Shown here in pieces: positions 19,276 to 28,974 of a stretch of DNA of 64,000 nucleotides (within the stretch, counting starts at the first letter, position 1; each line of letters begins with the position of its first letter). This stretch comes from Nitrososphaeria archaeon. GTDB taxonomy: Archaea > Thermoproteota > Nitrososphaeria > Geothermarchaeales > JDFR-13. Position numbers and translations under genes: made by a program. The notes under the pieces were generated by a model that searched no databases, had not been told where the DNA came from, and was given only the letters and a program-made list of their open reading frames with translations. The stretch spans positions 1-64,000 of the forward strand of contig JALWXN010000004.1 in the NCBI GenBank assembly GCA_027078545.1, in the 5' to 3' direction.

Positions 19276-19806
19276 ATGAGGTTCGAGGACGAGTTCTTCG
19301 ATGAGATCGATAGGATATTCAAGGAGGAGATGAGGAGGATCAGGAAGCTCATCACAGAGCTGACAAAGATCAGGACCAACGAGCTCAGGGAGCTAGGCAT
19401 GCGCGGCGAGCCAATAGTATTCGGATTCACATATAGGTGGCAGACAGGTATGGAGAAGCCGGAGATAAAGTTCTTCGGAAACGTCAAGCCACAGCAGCCC
19501 TTCGGCGTGAAGATAGACCAGACAGTAACCCCTGTATACGACCTAATCGACAAGGATGACCACTACGAGATCATCGTGGAGATGGCTGGAGCCAAGAAGG
19601 ATGACGTCGACATCCAGCTGAAGGACGGCGCACTATACATAAAGGCCGAGACGCCCTACAAGAAGTACAAGGTTAGCGTCCCAATACCTAGCGACGCCCA
19701 GGCAGACGACATAAAGGCGAAGCTTAACAACGGGATACTGATAATCAAGCTCAAGAAGAAGAAGGGCGTAGGGACCAGGAAGATAGAGATCGAGGAGGAG
19801 GACTAG
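19276..19806 (+). CDS. hsp20: Small heat-shock protein (Hsp20 / alpha-crystallin)
   Basis: PIVFGF; EMAGAKKDDV; AKLNNGILIIKL. Confidence 0.93.
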   Translation: MRFEDEFFDEIDRIFKEEMRRIRKLITELTKIRTNELRELGMRGEPIVFGFTYRWQTGMEKPEIKFFGNVKPQQPFGVKIDQTVTPVYDLIDKDDHYEIIVEMAGAKKDDVDIQLKDGALYIKAETPYKKYKVSVPIPSDAQADDIKAKLNNGILIIKLKKKKGVGTRKIEIEEED

Positions 19807-20351
19807 GGCTTAAACCACTTGAACATTAGATACCTAATACTCTTTTTATCCCCATCTACAACCGCGTAGACAAATCGTTTCCTAACCGAGGTTGCCAACC
19901 TACCAGCCCTCACCAGCTCATCCCCACTAACCATGGAGCCAGCCTCTATAACATCCACCAGGTAAGGGGCATGCTCAATCCCAGGCCCCCTCTTATAGAC
20001 GGCGAAGTCCACCCCAAACTTCAGGCCAGAGATGACTGCGAAGCCCCTATCCCTCAGATCCTTATACACCATGTATTTCAGGTCTAGGTAGGGATACATA
20101 TCCCTGATCAGCTCCCTGAAAGACTCTGGACCGAGGGACTCTCCCCGGTGATAAACCTCAATAACACCCTTCTCGAGGAGGTAGAGAGCCTCGAGAGGGT
20201 CTAGGAGGAGGGGAGAGTCGAAGTCAGGCCTCTTAGGCTTATCAACACCCAGTGGCTTACCGAAGAATCCTAGGGACCAGATCCTACGGGCCTCCTCATG
20301 ATCAGGGATATATACCCTCCCACCAACCAGGAAACCCTTATACCTCCTCAT
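19803..20351 (-). CDS. endA: tRNA-splicing endonuclease, catalytic subunit
   Basis: GLKFGVDFAVYKRGPGIEHA (Tyr/His) and SVRK (Lys); start MRRYKG overlaps the upstream stop (ATGA). Confidence 0.95.
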   Translation of the reverse strand: MRRYKGFLVGGRVYIPDHEEARRIWSLGFFGKPLGVDKPKRPDFDSPLLLDPLEALYLLEKGVIEVYHRGESLGPESFRELIRDMYPYLDLKYMVYKDLRDRGFAVISGLKFGVDFAVYKRGPGIEHAPYLVDVIEAGSMVSGDELVRAGRLATSVRKRFVYAVVDGDKKSIRYLMFKWFKP

Positions 20352-20989
20352 AGTATACACAGGCTCAGAATAACATCCCCAACCTTCTTCATACCGTCCG
20401 CCGCAGACTCCAGCATCTTTATAATCTCCATCCACATCAACATCTTGGAGCTGCTCCTCTCCCTATTGAAGACCTCCACCAAGGCCTTACGGTGTAGAAG
20501 GTCGATCTCCTCCTCAATCTCTATTATCCTCTCCACCGCTGGATAGACGGAGGAGATGTTATAAGCCAGGAAATAGATCGCCTCCCTAAAGGCCTCAACC
20601 TCGCGGTGGAGAGCATTCACCACCTTCCGTATCCACTCCAGCTCCCACTTAGCCAGGCTAGAGACGTCTAGGTGTGAGAGTCTAAAGGCGGCCCCATCCA
20701 TCTCATCTACAACATCGCCTATCAAGACTATCAGGTTGTAGAAGATGTATGTCTGATCACCGATGAAAGGCTTATACCTCATCACCTCATTTATCAACGT
20801 CTTCTGTATACTATAGACCTCACTATCTAGCCTCCTCACATCTTCATAAAGCGACTTCAGATCCGCCCCATCACTCTCATACATCGTCTCTACGATCCGG
20901 AGTAGACCCGTAGCCACGTCAAGAGTCTTACTGGCCAGGTCCTGAAGATCAGAGACTATCTGCCTCCTAGCCTCCTGCTCTCTGTACAT
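20348..20989 (-). CDS. DUF47 / PhoU-like phosphate transport regulator
   Basis: Helical repeat with EIEEEID and LESAAD motifs. Confidence 0.75.
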   Translation of the reverse strand: MYREQEARRQIVSDLQDLASKTLDVATGLLRIVETMYESDGADLKSLYEDVRRLDSEVYSIQKTLINEVMRYKPFIGDQTYIFYNLIVLIGDVVDEMDGAAFRLSHLDVSSLAKWELEWIRKVVNALHREVEAFREAIYFLAYNISSVYPAVERIIEIEEEIDLLHRKALVEVFNRERSSSKMLMWMEIIKMLESAADGMKKVGDVILSLCIL

Positions 20990-21040
20990 CTCCAGCTCAA
21001 GAAATCTAATTATATGAGGGAGGTAATTAGGGATTGGTAT

Positions 21041-21868
21041 CTACGCCTCCTCCAGGCTCAGGGCTACATAGTAGGGTAGGAAGAAGACGGGGAGCCCCCC
21101 TACACACCTCCTCAGGGCTATGTAGAGCATGGGATCGACCACACCCAATACACCTTTATGAGACGGGGTTCTGACCCTCAGGTATGGACATATAATACCC
21201 CTATACTCCTCCCATAGTGGGGTTAGCCCCAGACCTATCCGAGGCCCCCATAGACGCACAGTCCTAAGGAAACCACCTGAGAGGAGGGATACGAACCTCT
21301 CCGCCTCCCTATTATAGAATGGATATGCCGATCTATAGACGTATAGATCCAGGGGCCCCGGCCGAATAAATACCTCGCCCCTACGGATCAACCCCTCTAT
21401 AATCATGGACAACGTATATATCCTCCCCTCCACAGCCATAGGGGAGTATCTATCCATTACCACTACTTTAGACTCTGCCTCCCACGATATCCTCCCCCCA
21501 CCCCGTACACGATCTCTGAGTAGGGGTATTAGGCCACTGTATATGGCGAGGCCAACCTCGATATGACGCTTTAGAGACTCTACAATACCCTCGACCACCC
21601 TCCCGAAGCACCGATCCCTATAGAGGTCAGCGGGGAGTAGAAGCGTGTATGACCCCTCCCTTAGAACCTCCAACTCTAGAGATGCATCACCATCAGCCTC
21701 TCTAAGCCATCTCTCAACCACCTGTCTATACCACTCGCCACAGGCTCCACAGAGGTCACACCACAGGATGGAGCCCTCACACCCTAGGGATAAGAGTGGG
21801 GACAAGAGGTTTGAGGCGATGGGTGAGAGTGGACACTTCTCCGCATCAACCCTCCTCATCGACACCAC
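21041..21868 (-). CDS. Hypothetical protein with a remnant ferredoxin-like Cys motif (GlcF/GlpC-like?)
   Basis: CP...WCDLCGAC near the N-terminus; later ICPY. Confidence 0.4.
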   Translation of the reverse strand: MVSMRRVDAEKCPLSPIASNLLSPLLSLGCEGSILWCDLCGACGEWYRQVVERWLREADGDASLELEVLREGSYTLLLPADLYRDRCFGRVVEGIVESLKRHIEVGLAIYSGLIPLLRDRVRGGGRISWEAESKVVVMDRYSPMAVEGRIYTLSMIIEGLIRRGEVFIRPGPLDLYVYRSAYPFYNREAERFVSLLSGGFLRTVRLWGPRIGLGLTPLWEEYRGIICPYLRVRTPSHKGVLGVVDPMLYIALRRCVGGLPVFFLPYYVALSLEEA

Positions 21869-22664
21869 CTACTAGGCCTACACCCATGGGCCACGAGTAG
21901 AAGATGAGGCCCCCCGGCACATAGTCCCTAGACAGCTCTACAGCCTTAATAGTCTCTACACCACCGCCTAAAAACCTCTCAGAGACCATGGGGAGGCTAT
22001 CAACCCTACCATCCCAGACATGGATACGGCTCTTATCAACAAACCTGGATATACCCCTTACTAGGCGCCTCCTCTCAACCGTGGACCTCGCCAGGACCAC
22101 CACGTAGTACCCGGTATCCCCCCTAAGAATGGAGAATGACGCGCCAATCCCCACCAACTCTTCATAGAGCAGGCCGGCCTCACCCCTAGAAACAATGAGA
22201 TAAACCAGCTCGGGATCCCCCCTAGCCAGGCCATCCGTCCTAACATCTAGTATCACACCACCCCTATACTCACGGGACAAAAAGTGTCCATTCCCGCTAT
22301 AGACATGTATAGCCGACCCCCTCAGAGGGTTAAGACCCTGAGCCACCAACCCACCTATACTCTCCATAGGGTCCCACGGATAGATGAGATCCACCCATAC
22401 CCTACGCCTCATTAGGAACCTCAACAGACTGGCCACTCTGGTACCAGCCCTGATCCTTAGATACCTCCTACCTATCAGTAGGAAACCCGTGTAGGGAGAC
22501 ATAGAGACCACGGTATCAACATCCACATCGCCGGGCCACGAGAATCCCCTCCCCCATCCCACAACGAGGAAGTCTTTGGTAGGCAGGATGGAGACGTCTC
22601 CATCGAATGGAAGTATATTCTCAAACCTGATCCTTCCACGCCTAGTAAATATACAGCCCACCAT
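21846..22664 (-). CDS. Hypothetical protein, degenerate FAD_binding_4 (GlcD/GlcE-like)
   Basis: VVGWG; IRAGT; ESIGGLVAQG resembles the T(I/V)GG FAD-binding motif. Confidence 0.4.
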   Translation of the reverse strand: MVGCIFTRRGRIRFENILPFDGDVSILPTKDFLVVGWGRGFSWPGDVDVDTVVSMSPYTGFLLIGRRYLRIRAGTRVASLLRFLMRRRVWVDLIYPWDPMESIGGLVAQGLNPLRGSAIHVYSGNGHFLSREYRGGVILDVRTDGLARGDPELVYLIVSRGEAGLLYEELVGIGASFSILRGDTGYYVVVLARSTVERRRLVRGISRFVDKSRIHVWDGRVDSLPMVSERFLGGGVETIKAVELSRDYVPGGLIFYSWPMGVGLVGGVDEEG

Positions 22665-22726
22665 CCAGCTCAGCTACCCCCAGCCAGAATTTAATTAATC
22701 GACCCAGCCCCGAAAAATATTCCTAG

Positions 22727-24082
22727 GTGAAGGGTATGTCCATCCGACCAGTGGAGGAGCGGTTCGAGAGGATAGGCTTCCACACCCATATAAAGGGCCT
22801 AGGCGTCAGGAACGGGAAGGCAGAGTTCGCCGCCGACGGGATGGTGGGCCAGGTAAAGGCGAGGGAGGCTGCCTACGTAATAGTCCAGATGATAAAGAAG
22901 GGTAAGCTGGCTGGACGAGCCATACTACTAGCAGGGCCACCCGGAACAGGTAAGACGGCAATAGCACTGGCTATAGCCAAGGAGTTCGGTAAGGACGTAC
23001 CCTTCATAAGCATGAGCGGCAGCGAGATCTACTCAACGGAGCTCAAGAAGACCGAGATACTGATGAGGGCTATAAGGAAGGCGATAGGTGTGAGGATAAA
23101 GGAGTATAAAGAGGTAATCGAGGGAGTCGTTAAAAACATTGAGTACAGCATGACCCAGCACCCCTACAACCCATACCAGCAGATCCCCGCCAGGGTGAAG
23201 CTGACACTAGCCACAGACACGGAGAAGAGGGACTTCACAGGAGACACCAACATAGCCATGGCCCTACTCCAGCAGAACGTGAGGGAGGGAGACGTAATAA
23301 TGATAGAGCGGGAGACCGGAAGGGTCACCAAGCTAGGCCGGGCCAGGGAGTATAAGGGTGAGTACGACCTAGAGGGAGAGATATATGTAGAGACGCCGAA
23401 GGGCCCACTGATAAAGGAGAAGGAGTTCGTATACACACTATCCCTCCACGAGCTAGACCTAACAAAGGCTAGAAGCACAGGCGGAGGCGTATTCAGCCTA
23501 CTATTCGGAGGCGAGAGGGAGGAGATAACAAACGAGACTAGGCAGGAGGTGGACGAGCTCGTAAAGAGATGGATAGAGGATGGGAGGGCCGAGATAATAC
23601 CAGGAGTACTATTCATAGACGAGGTCCACATGCTAGACATAGAGGCATTCGCATTCCTAAACAGGGCATTGGAGAGCGAGATGGCCCCCGTAGTCATATT
23701 CGCCACAAACAGGGGGATAACAAAGATAAGGGGGACAGACATAGAGTCGCCACACGGCATACCGATAGACTTCCTAGACAGACTACTGATCATAACGACG
23801 GAGCCCTACAAGGAGGAGGAGATACGGAAGATACTTGAGATCAAGATTAGGGAGGAGGGTATAGAGATGGAGGAGGACGCCTTCGAGGAACTCGTAAGGC
23901 TAGGGGTGGAGAACAGCCTAAGATACGCCCTCATGCTCCTAGGACCAGTGATGGAGATCGCTGGACAGGAGGGGAGGAATAAGGTGGTCAAGACCGACGT
24001 AGAGCGGGCCGCAGAGCTCTTCATAGACTATAGAAAGTCGGCAGAGATACTCCGCAACTACGAGAAGGAGTTCCTCCTATAA
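22727..24082 (+). CDS. TIP49 / RuvB-like AAA+ helicase
   Basis: HTHIKGLG, GPPGTGKT, LFIDEVHMLD, ATNRG, SLRYA. Confidence 0.96.
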   Translation: MKGMSIRPVEERFERIGFHTHIKGLGVRNGKAEFAADGMVGQVKAREAAYVIVQMIKKGKLAGRAILLAGPPGTGKTAIALAIAKEFGKDVPFISMSGSEIYSTELKKTEILMRAIRKAIGVRIKEYKEVIEGVVKNIEYSMTQHPYNPYQQIPARVKLTLATDTEKRDFTGDTNIAMALLQQNVREGDVIMIERETGRVTKLGRAREYKGEYDLEGEIYVETPKGPLIKEKEFVYTLSLHELDLTKARSTGGGVFSLLFGGEREEITNETRQEVDELVKRWIEDGRAEIIPGVLFIDEVHMLDIEAFAFLNRALESEMAPVVIFATNRGITKIRGTDIESPHGIPIDFLDRLLIITTEPYKEEEIRKILEIKIREEGIEMEEDAFEELVRLGVENSLRYALMLLGPVMEIAGQEGRNKVVKTDVERAAELFIDYRKSAEILRNYEKEFLL

Positions 24083-24126
24083 CCCCCAACCCCAAATATA
24101 TATACGCATAGACGGGGAGCTGCCAG

Positions 24127-24906
24127 ATGAAGGTGGGGCTTGGAGACACTATATATCTCTACTCCCCCGAGAAGTCGAGGGGATGGATAGTCAGGGTGGA
24201 GAATGAGAGATTCTCCACAGACCTAGGAACCATAGACCTATCCAAACTAGTGGGTATTGAATATGGATCCATCGTCAAGACCAATAAGGGGAGGCCCCTA
24301 CTCGTAGCCAGGCCCGGCCCCAGGGAATATATTATGCGGGCCAGAAGACCTACACAGATAATATACCCCAAGGACATCGGCTACATAATCCACGTACTAG
24401 GCATAAGACATAACAGCCGGGTACTCGAGGTAGGTACGGGTAGCGGGGGACTAACCACAGGCATAGCATGGATCATGTCCAGCGACGGAGAGATCACCAC
24501 CTACGAGAAGAGAGACGATTTTAGGGAGGCTGCCAAGAAGAACCTTGAGAGGATAGGGTACGAGTGTAGAATACGGTTTAGAGGGGAGTTCCCAGACAAC
24601 GCCCTAGAGAGGGACTATTACGACGCGGCATTCATAGACATAGACACGCCATGGACCGCGATACCACATGTCCATAGGGCACTCAAGGGATATGGAAGGA
24701 TAGGCATACTACTACCAACATACTCACAGCTCGAGAAGATACACGACGCCTTCAAGAAACACTTCGCCCACATAGAGACCGTGGAGATCTTCCTAAGGAA
24801 CCTCAGATTCTCAAAAGGGAAGATCAGACCCGAGTTCAGGATGATAGGATACACAGCTGTACTCGTAATAGGAATAAAGAAGGAGGTTGAGGAGCTAACC
24901 ACCTAG
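24127..24906 (+). CDS. trmI: tRNA (adenine57/58-N1)-methyltransferase
   Basis: RPTQIIYPKD, VLEVGTGSG, DIDTPW. Confidence 0.92.
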   Translation: MKVGLGDTIYLYSPEKSRGWIVRVENERFSTDLGTIDLSKLVGIEYGSIVKTNKGRPLLVARPGPREYIMRARRPTQIIYPKDIGYIIHVLGIRHNSRVLEVGTGSGGLTTGIAWIMSSDGEITTYEKRDDFREAAKKNLERIGYECRIRFRGEFPDNALERDYYDAAFIDIDTPWTAIPHVHRALKGYGRIGILLPTYSQLEKIHDAFKKHFAHIETVEIFLRNLRFSKGKIRPEFRMIGYTAVLVIGIKKEVEELTT

Positions 24907-25263
24907 GATCAATATAGCGATAATCAGTCCATAGATAGCTACACCCTCACCCAGACCAGCCAAAATAAGTACCCAGACAGCCAGCTCAGGACGCTCAACC
25001 AGTGCAGCGCTACCGGCACTGGTGGCTCCATACAGGGCTACACCAGCACCTATCGTCGAGCCGGCGACGGCCAGCCCAGCGCCTAGATACTTCATACCCG
25101 CATCGGCAGCCGCTGCAGCCTCGCCAGCAGCCGGGTCCTCAGCACCCAGGACGAAGGTCATGAAACCGCCTATCACCACCAGTGCGAGTGCCAGGTTGAA
25201 GAGGATACCCATCACAGTCGTCTTCCTAGGATTCCTAACCAACCTCCATACGAACTCGATCAT
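24895..25263 (-). CDS. atpK: A/V-type ATP synthase proteolipid subunit K (c)
   Basis: GAGLAV...GAG; ERPE; GLGEGVAIYG carrying the ion-binding Glu. Confidence 0.93.
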   Translation of the reverse strand: MIEFVWRLVRNPRKTTVMGILFNLALALVVIGGFMTFVLGAEDPAAGEAAAAADAGMKYLGAGLAVAGSTIGAGVALYGATSAGSAALVERPELAVWVLILAGLGEGVAIYGLIIAILILGG

Positions 25264-25344
25264 CTGCCAACCACCCTGAGGCTTTGAATTATGTGAATAA
25301 TATGGCTATGCCATATAAAATAATATAAAGAGGTGGTATAGACC

Positions 25345-27288
25345 TCACAGCCGCAAGGGCCTGAATAGTACACCCTCATCCCTGTAGAACTTCGTCGAGA
25401 ACTCGTAGTAGAGAAGCCTTATCGATTGGATACCAGCGGCGAATCCCTCGATCACTATACCTATAATGTTGAAGAAGATGTATGCTGGCACAGTGCCAAC
25501 TAGGCCGCTGAAAACTATGGCAGCCTCACCTAGCGCCTCATGACCAATCGCGAAGGCACCTAGCCTAATGTATGATACGGAGTTAGTTAGATATGATATG
25601 AACATCTCTACGAACTCCTGAAGACCCTCTACCAAGGTCATCGAGATCGGCTTACCCTCATCATGAACAATGTTCTCAATGGTAGGCTTCATATACACGA
25701 GCGCTAGAAGAGCTATTTCCAATATTGTGAAGGGCAATAGGTCTTCTCTTACAAATACTGAGAGTGTCAATCCGCCGGTGACAAAGTTTATAGCTAGATA
25801 TATACCTACGACGAAGTATATTAGCCCTGCTATACCCTTCCAACTTAGAAAAGCCTCGAGATATTCACCGTTCTTTAAATCAATGATGATGTTTAGAATC
25901 ACACCTATAATGAGCTGTACCAACCCAAAGATAATAGCTATAACACTTATTCCCAGAGTATCCTTTATCGGGCTTATCCAAAGAGGTTTAGATACCGATA
26001 TCAAAAATGCCTTTCCGTAAATAAATCCGAAAATCACAGCCATGGCCCCTGCTGAGATGAGCATATAGCCTAAACTATTTATCCCATTAGCGGACATACC
26101 CAAGGCGGGTCTCTTAACCCTAGTAAGAAAAGCTCCGATAATCATCAATATTATTCCTTCACCGATCCCACCAAACATGAAGCCATACATTATAAGGAAG
26201 AGAACAGTGTAGATTGGAGTGGGATCAAACTCAAAGTAGTTAGGGATACCCCTCTTACGCGTCAAAACCTCTAGTTTCCCGAATATGCTAGGATTCCTGA
26301 GAAGTGTTGGAGGTTCCACTCCCTCCTCATGACTAGGCTCCTCGTATTCTATGTAGAACTTCTCCCCCAACACACCCCTCACGGCAGCTACAAGATCGTC
26401 ATACCTATCCTTGGGTACCCAGCCCCTATACACGGCGAAGTTCTTGGTATAGGTTATGGAGCTGTACACCCTCTCCATAAACCTAAAGAACCGTTTATAG
26501 GCGAGTACGGATCTCAAGAACTCCTCTATCTCCCCACGAAGCTCCCTAGCCTCCCCCCAGAGCCTGGAGAGCTCCTCCTCTATCTGCCTAACCACCTTGG
26601 ACGGGTCACCCTTAAACTCCTCTGGAAAACGGATCTCCTCAAAGTTCAGGGCGGATAGATAGTTCAGAATCTCATCCTTATCCTCCACGCTACCGGCCAA
26701 AACTATAAAATAATCCTTCCTAACCCCCTCAAACACATTGAGAATCACGTTATAAGGCTTGAGATAATCCTTAAGGAGAGGTAGATTCTGCACCGGTAGG
26801 AGGCCCGTCCTGATGAATATATGGGTATAGTCCCCAGCCACATCCACAGGAATCCCATACTTCTCGAAGAGCCTGGCATAAACCAGGATATTCTTAAGCT
26901 GGGTAACCCTCTTATTCACCTCGTCCACACGGGCTGTGTAGGAGTTTAGACACCCCTCCACCTCCTCTATAAAGGCCGCCGCCTCCTCCTTACTTAGAAC
27001 CTTCTGCTCAGGCTCATCTGGAGGTGACAACACCTCACGTATCTTACTACCAAGGCCACGCTTCTCCTCCTCACTATACTCGGAGAGACTGTTGATAAGG
27101 ACATTCGCCCTGTCCAAGATCCTCCAATACCTATTGGCAAGCTCCACCTCCTCCCTAACACTGGTTACGGCCTCCTGACTAGTGAGCTGCACAGCACCCA
27201 GCCTAGCAATAGCCTTAGAAACATCCTCTTCCCTATCCATGGGCACGGCTAGATAAAACTTATACATACGGACAGGCCTGAACATCAA
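25345..27288 (-). CDS. atpI: A/V-type ATP synthase subunit I (a)
   Basis: MFRPVRM; GWVP; EFDPT; SYIRLGAF (essential Arg); LYYEFSTKFY. Confidence 0.93.
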   Translation of the reverse strand: MMFRPVRMYKFYLAVPMDREEDVSKAIARLGAVQLTSQEAVTSVREEVELANRYWRILDRANVLINSLSEYSEEEKRGLGSKIREVLSPPDEPEQKVLSKEEAAAFIEEVEGCLNSYTARVDEVNKRVTQLKNILVYARLFEKYGIPVDVAGDYTHIFIRTGLLPVQNLPLLKDYLKPYNVILNVFEGVRKDYFIVLAGSVEDKDEILNYLSALNFEEIRFPEEFKGDPSKVVRQIEEELSRLWGEARELRGEIEEFLRSVLAYKRFFRFMERVYSSITYTKNFAVYRGWVPKDRYDDLVAAVRGVLGEKFYIEYEEPSHEEGVEPPTLLRNPSIFGKLEVLTRKRGIPNYFEFDPTPIYTVLFLIMYGFMFGGIGEGIILMIIGAFLTRVKRPALGMSANGINSLGYMLISAGAMAVIFGFIYGKAFLISVSKPLWISPIKDTLGISVIAIIFGLVQLIIGVILNIIIDLKNGEYLEAFLSWKGIAGLIYFVVGIYLAINFVTGGLTLSVFVREDLLPFTILEIALLALVYMKPTIENIVHDEGKPISMTLVEGLQEFVEMFISYLTNSVSYIRLGAFAIGHEALGEAAIVFSGLVGTVPAYIFFNIIGIVIEGFAAGIQSIRLLYYEFSTKFYRDEGVLFRPLRL

Positions 27289-27381
27289 CCTACCCCCCTC
27301 AGAGGCTTTGTAGACCCTTTATAAGCCACATATAGTTAAAGGTAGGTTTATATACATTAACGGCTACCGTGGTGTTGAGGG

Positions 27382-27942
27382 ATGGACAAGAGGGACATAG
27401 GCATACTACTTGTGATAGCCCCGCTAATAACCACCTTAGCTAGGGCTCTCTACCAATATACATTGACTGCCGACCCACTAGACATATTCATAGCCGTTGG
27501 AAGCGACTCCATACTCTTCATAGCCAACATAGGCCTATACCTCCTCGGGGGATACCTAATAGTCACAGGCTCCTCCCAAGACGTGAGGGATCTATGGATA
27601 AACATACTCTACTTCATAGTCCCCACAATAATCTTCCTGGGGCATGTATTCTACATAGCAGCGGTGGCTGGAGTTGCCAGGCTAACCCTACTCGTCGAGA
27701 CCGCCCAGTTCCCCCTATACTTCGCCTTCGTCACCATACTCACAGGACTAGTCGTACTACTATCCAGGGGGACGCCCAACAAGCCCAGCCTACTATACGG
27801 GGCTAGCTTCCTCGCGCTGGTGCTACTCTACGGAGTAGTCAGGATCGTCATAGGAATAGTTGCACCAGTAGTCTATGCCTTCATTGGGCTGGCCATAGCC
27901 ATGGCCCTAATCCTAACCAAGAAGCTGTTTGAGCAGGACTAG
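27382..27942 (+). CDS. Hypothetical multi-pass membrane protein inside the ATP synthase cluster, opposite strand
   Basis: 186 aa with about six hydrophobic helices; TTTATATA about 28 nt upstream. Confidence 0.75.
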   Translation: MDKRDIGILLVIAPLITTLARALYQYTLTADPLDIFIAVGSDSILFIANIGLYLLGGYLIVTGSSQDVRDLWINILYFIVPTIIFLGHVFYIAAVAGVARLTLLVETAQFPLYFAFVTILTGLVVLLSRGTPNKPSLLYGASFLALVLLYGVVRIVIGIVAPVVYAFIGLAIAMALILTKKLFEQD

Positions 27943-28973
27943 AAGATAGGTATTTCAGACGGGTCTATACCCAGCTCCTTAGCCGTGGCTATCGTGGATA
28001 GGTTGATATATTCATACTCAGCCGAGTATAGATACCACAGGACATAGACCATATCGAGGGGCTTCTTCCTACCTATGGATCTGAAGTACTCGGCGAACCC
28101 CCTCTTCACAGCCCTATAGAGCTCCACCACACTCCCCTTCTCAACAGCCTCCTCAATATAGGGAGCCAGCCATGAGAACCTTGATCCCCTAATAACACCC
28201 ACCACAGTATCCTCCCTACTCCTCAACAAGTCGTTGACGAACTCTGGGGAGACTCCCAGCCCCTTACTGATCATCCCCGTATACTTCTCGAAGACTGTCA
28301 TAGGCGAGCCGAGGAACTTCATAGCCAGTACATTGTAGACTAGGGACGCCGCATACTCATTCCTGATAACCTCTGATATGCTCTTCGCAGAGGGGAGCTT
28401 AGCCGCAGCCTCCAGGGTATTTGTGAAGTATATGTTCTCTACAAGGAGCTCTATGGGATATGTTGAGCCCATACTCTTAGCCAGGGGGAAGGCATCCACC
28501 GCCTCCCTATATGGAGAGGGGGCTAGATGGAAGGAGACGTCATCTAGAGACTTAACGTTAACCACGTCCGAGAAGTTGATGGTCTCGAACTCCCTAGGGA
28601 GGGGGAGCAGATCCTCCAGGGATATAGGCTTACCACCCATCTTAGCCCTTAGAACCCTCTTGAGATTTTCAACCTCCACCCTACCCAGATACTCGGTTAG
28701 GAAGGCCCTGAACCTACCAGAAGTTATCCTGGTGAGGTGTACAAGCCTATCCACATATACCGAGGCGAATACCCTGGAGAGGCTCTTAGCATCCACCGAC
28801 TCCTTATCAAGCCCCCCGAGCCATCTCACGTAATCGCCCTTACTCACGTTCTCCAGGAACGCCTTGAGATCACTCGTCTTAGCTAGTGACTCTATCTCAT
28901 CCGGCTTCAATAGATGGGTGGCCAAGCCATGGGCACGGCTTACTAGGTAGATATAGCTGGAGGACTTGAGCAT
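27939..28973 (-). CDS. atpC: A/V-type ATP synthase subunit C (d)
   Basis: SRAHGL...LL; EVENLKRVLRAK; EYEYINL; operon context. Confidence 0.85.
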   Translation of the reverse strand: MLKSSSYIYLVSRAHGLATHLLKPDEIESLAKTSDLKAFLENVSKGDYVRWLGGLDKESVDAKSLSRVFASVYVDRLVHLTRITSGRFRAFLTEYLGRVEVENLKRVLRAKMGGKPISLEDLLPLPREFETINFSDVVNVKSLDDVSFHLAPSPYREAVDAFPLAKSMGSTYPIELLVENIYFTNTLEAAAKLPSAKSISEVIRNEYAASLVYNVLAMKFLGSPMTVFEKYTGMISKGLGVSPEFVNDLLRSREDTVVGVIRGSRFSWLAPYIEEAVEKGSVVELYRAVKRGFAEYFRSIGRKKPLDMVYVLWYLYSAEYEYINLSTIATAKELGIDPSEIPIF

Positions 28974-28974
28974 C

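Noticed and set aside
20352-20435. N-terminal extension of endA in the ORF track
   Set aside because: Lies inside the DUF47 gene; the ATGA-coupled start at 20351 is more plausible.
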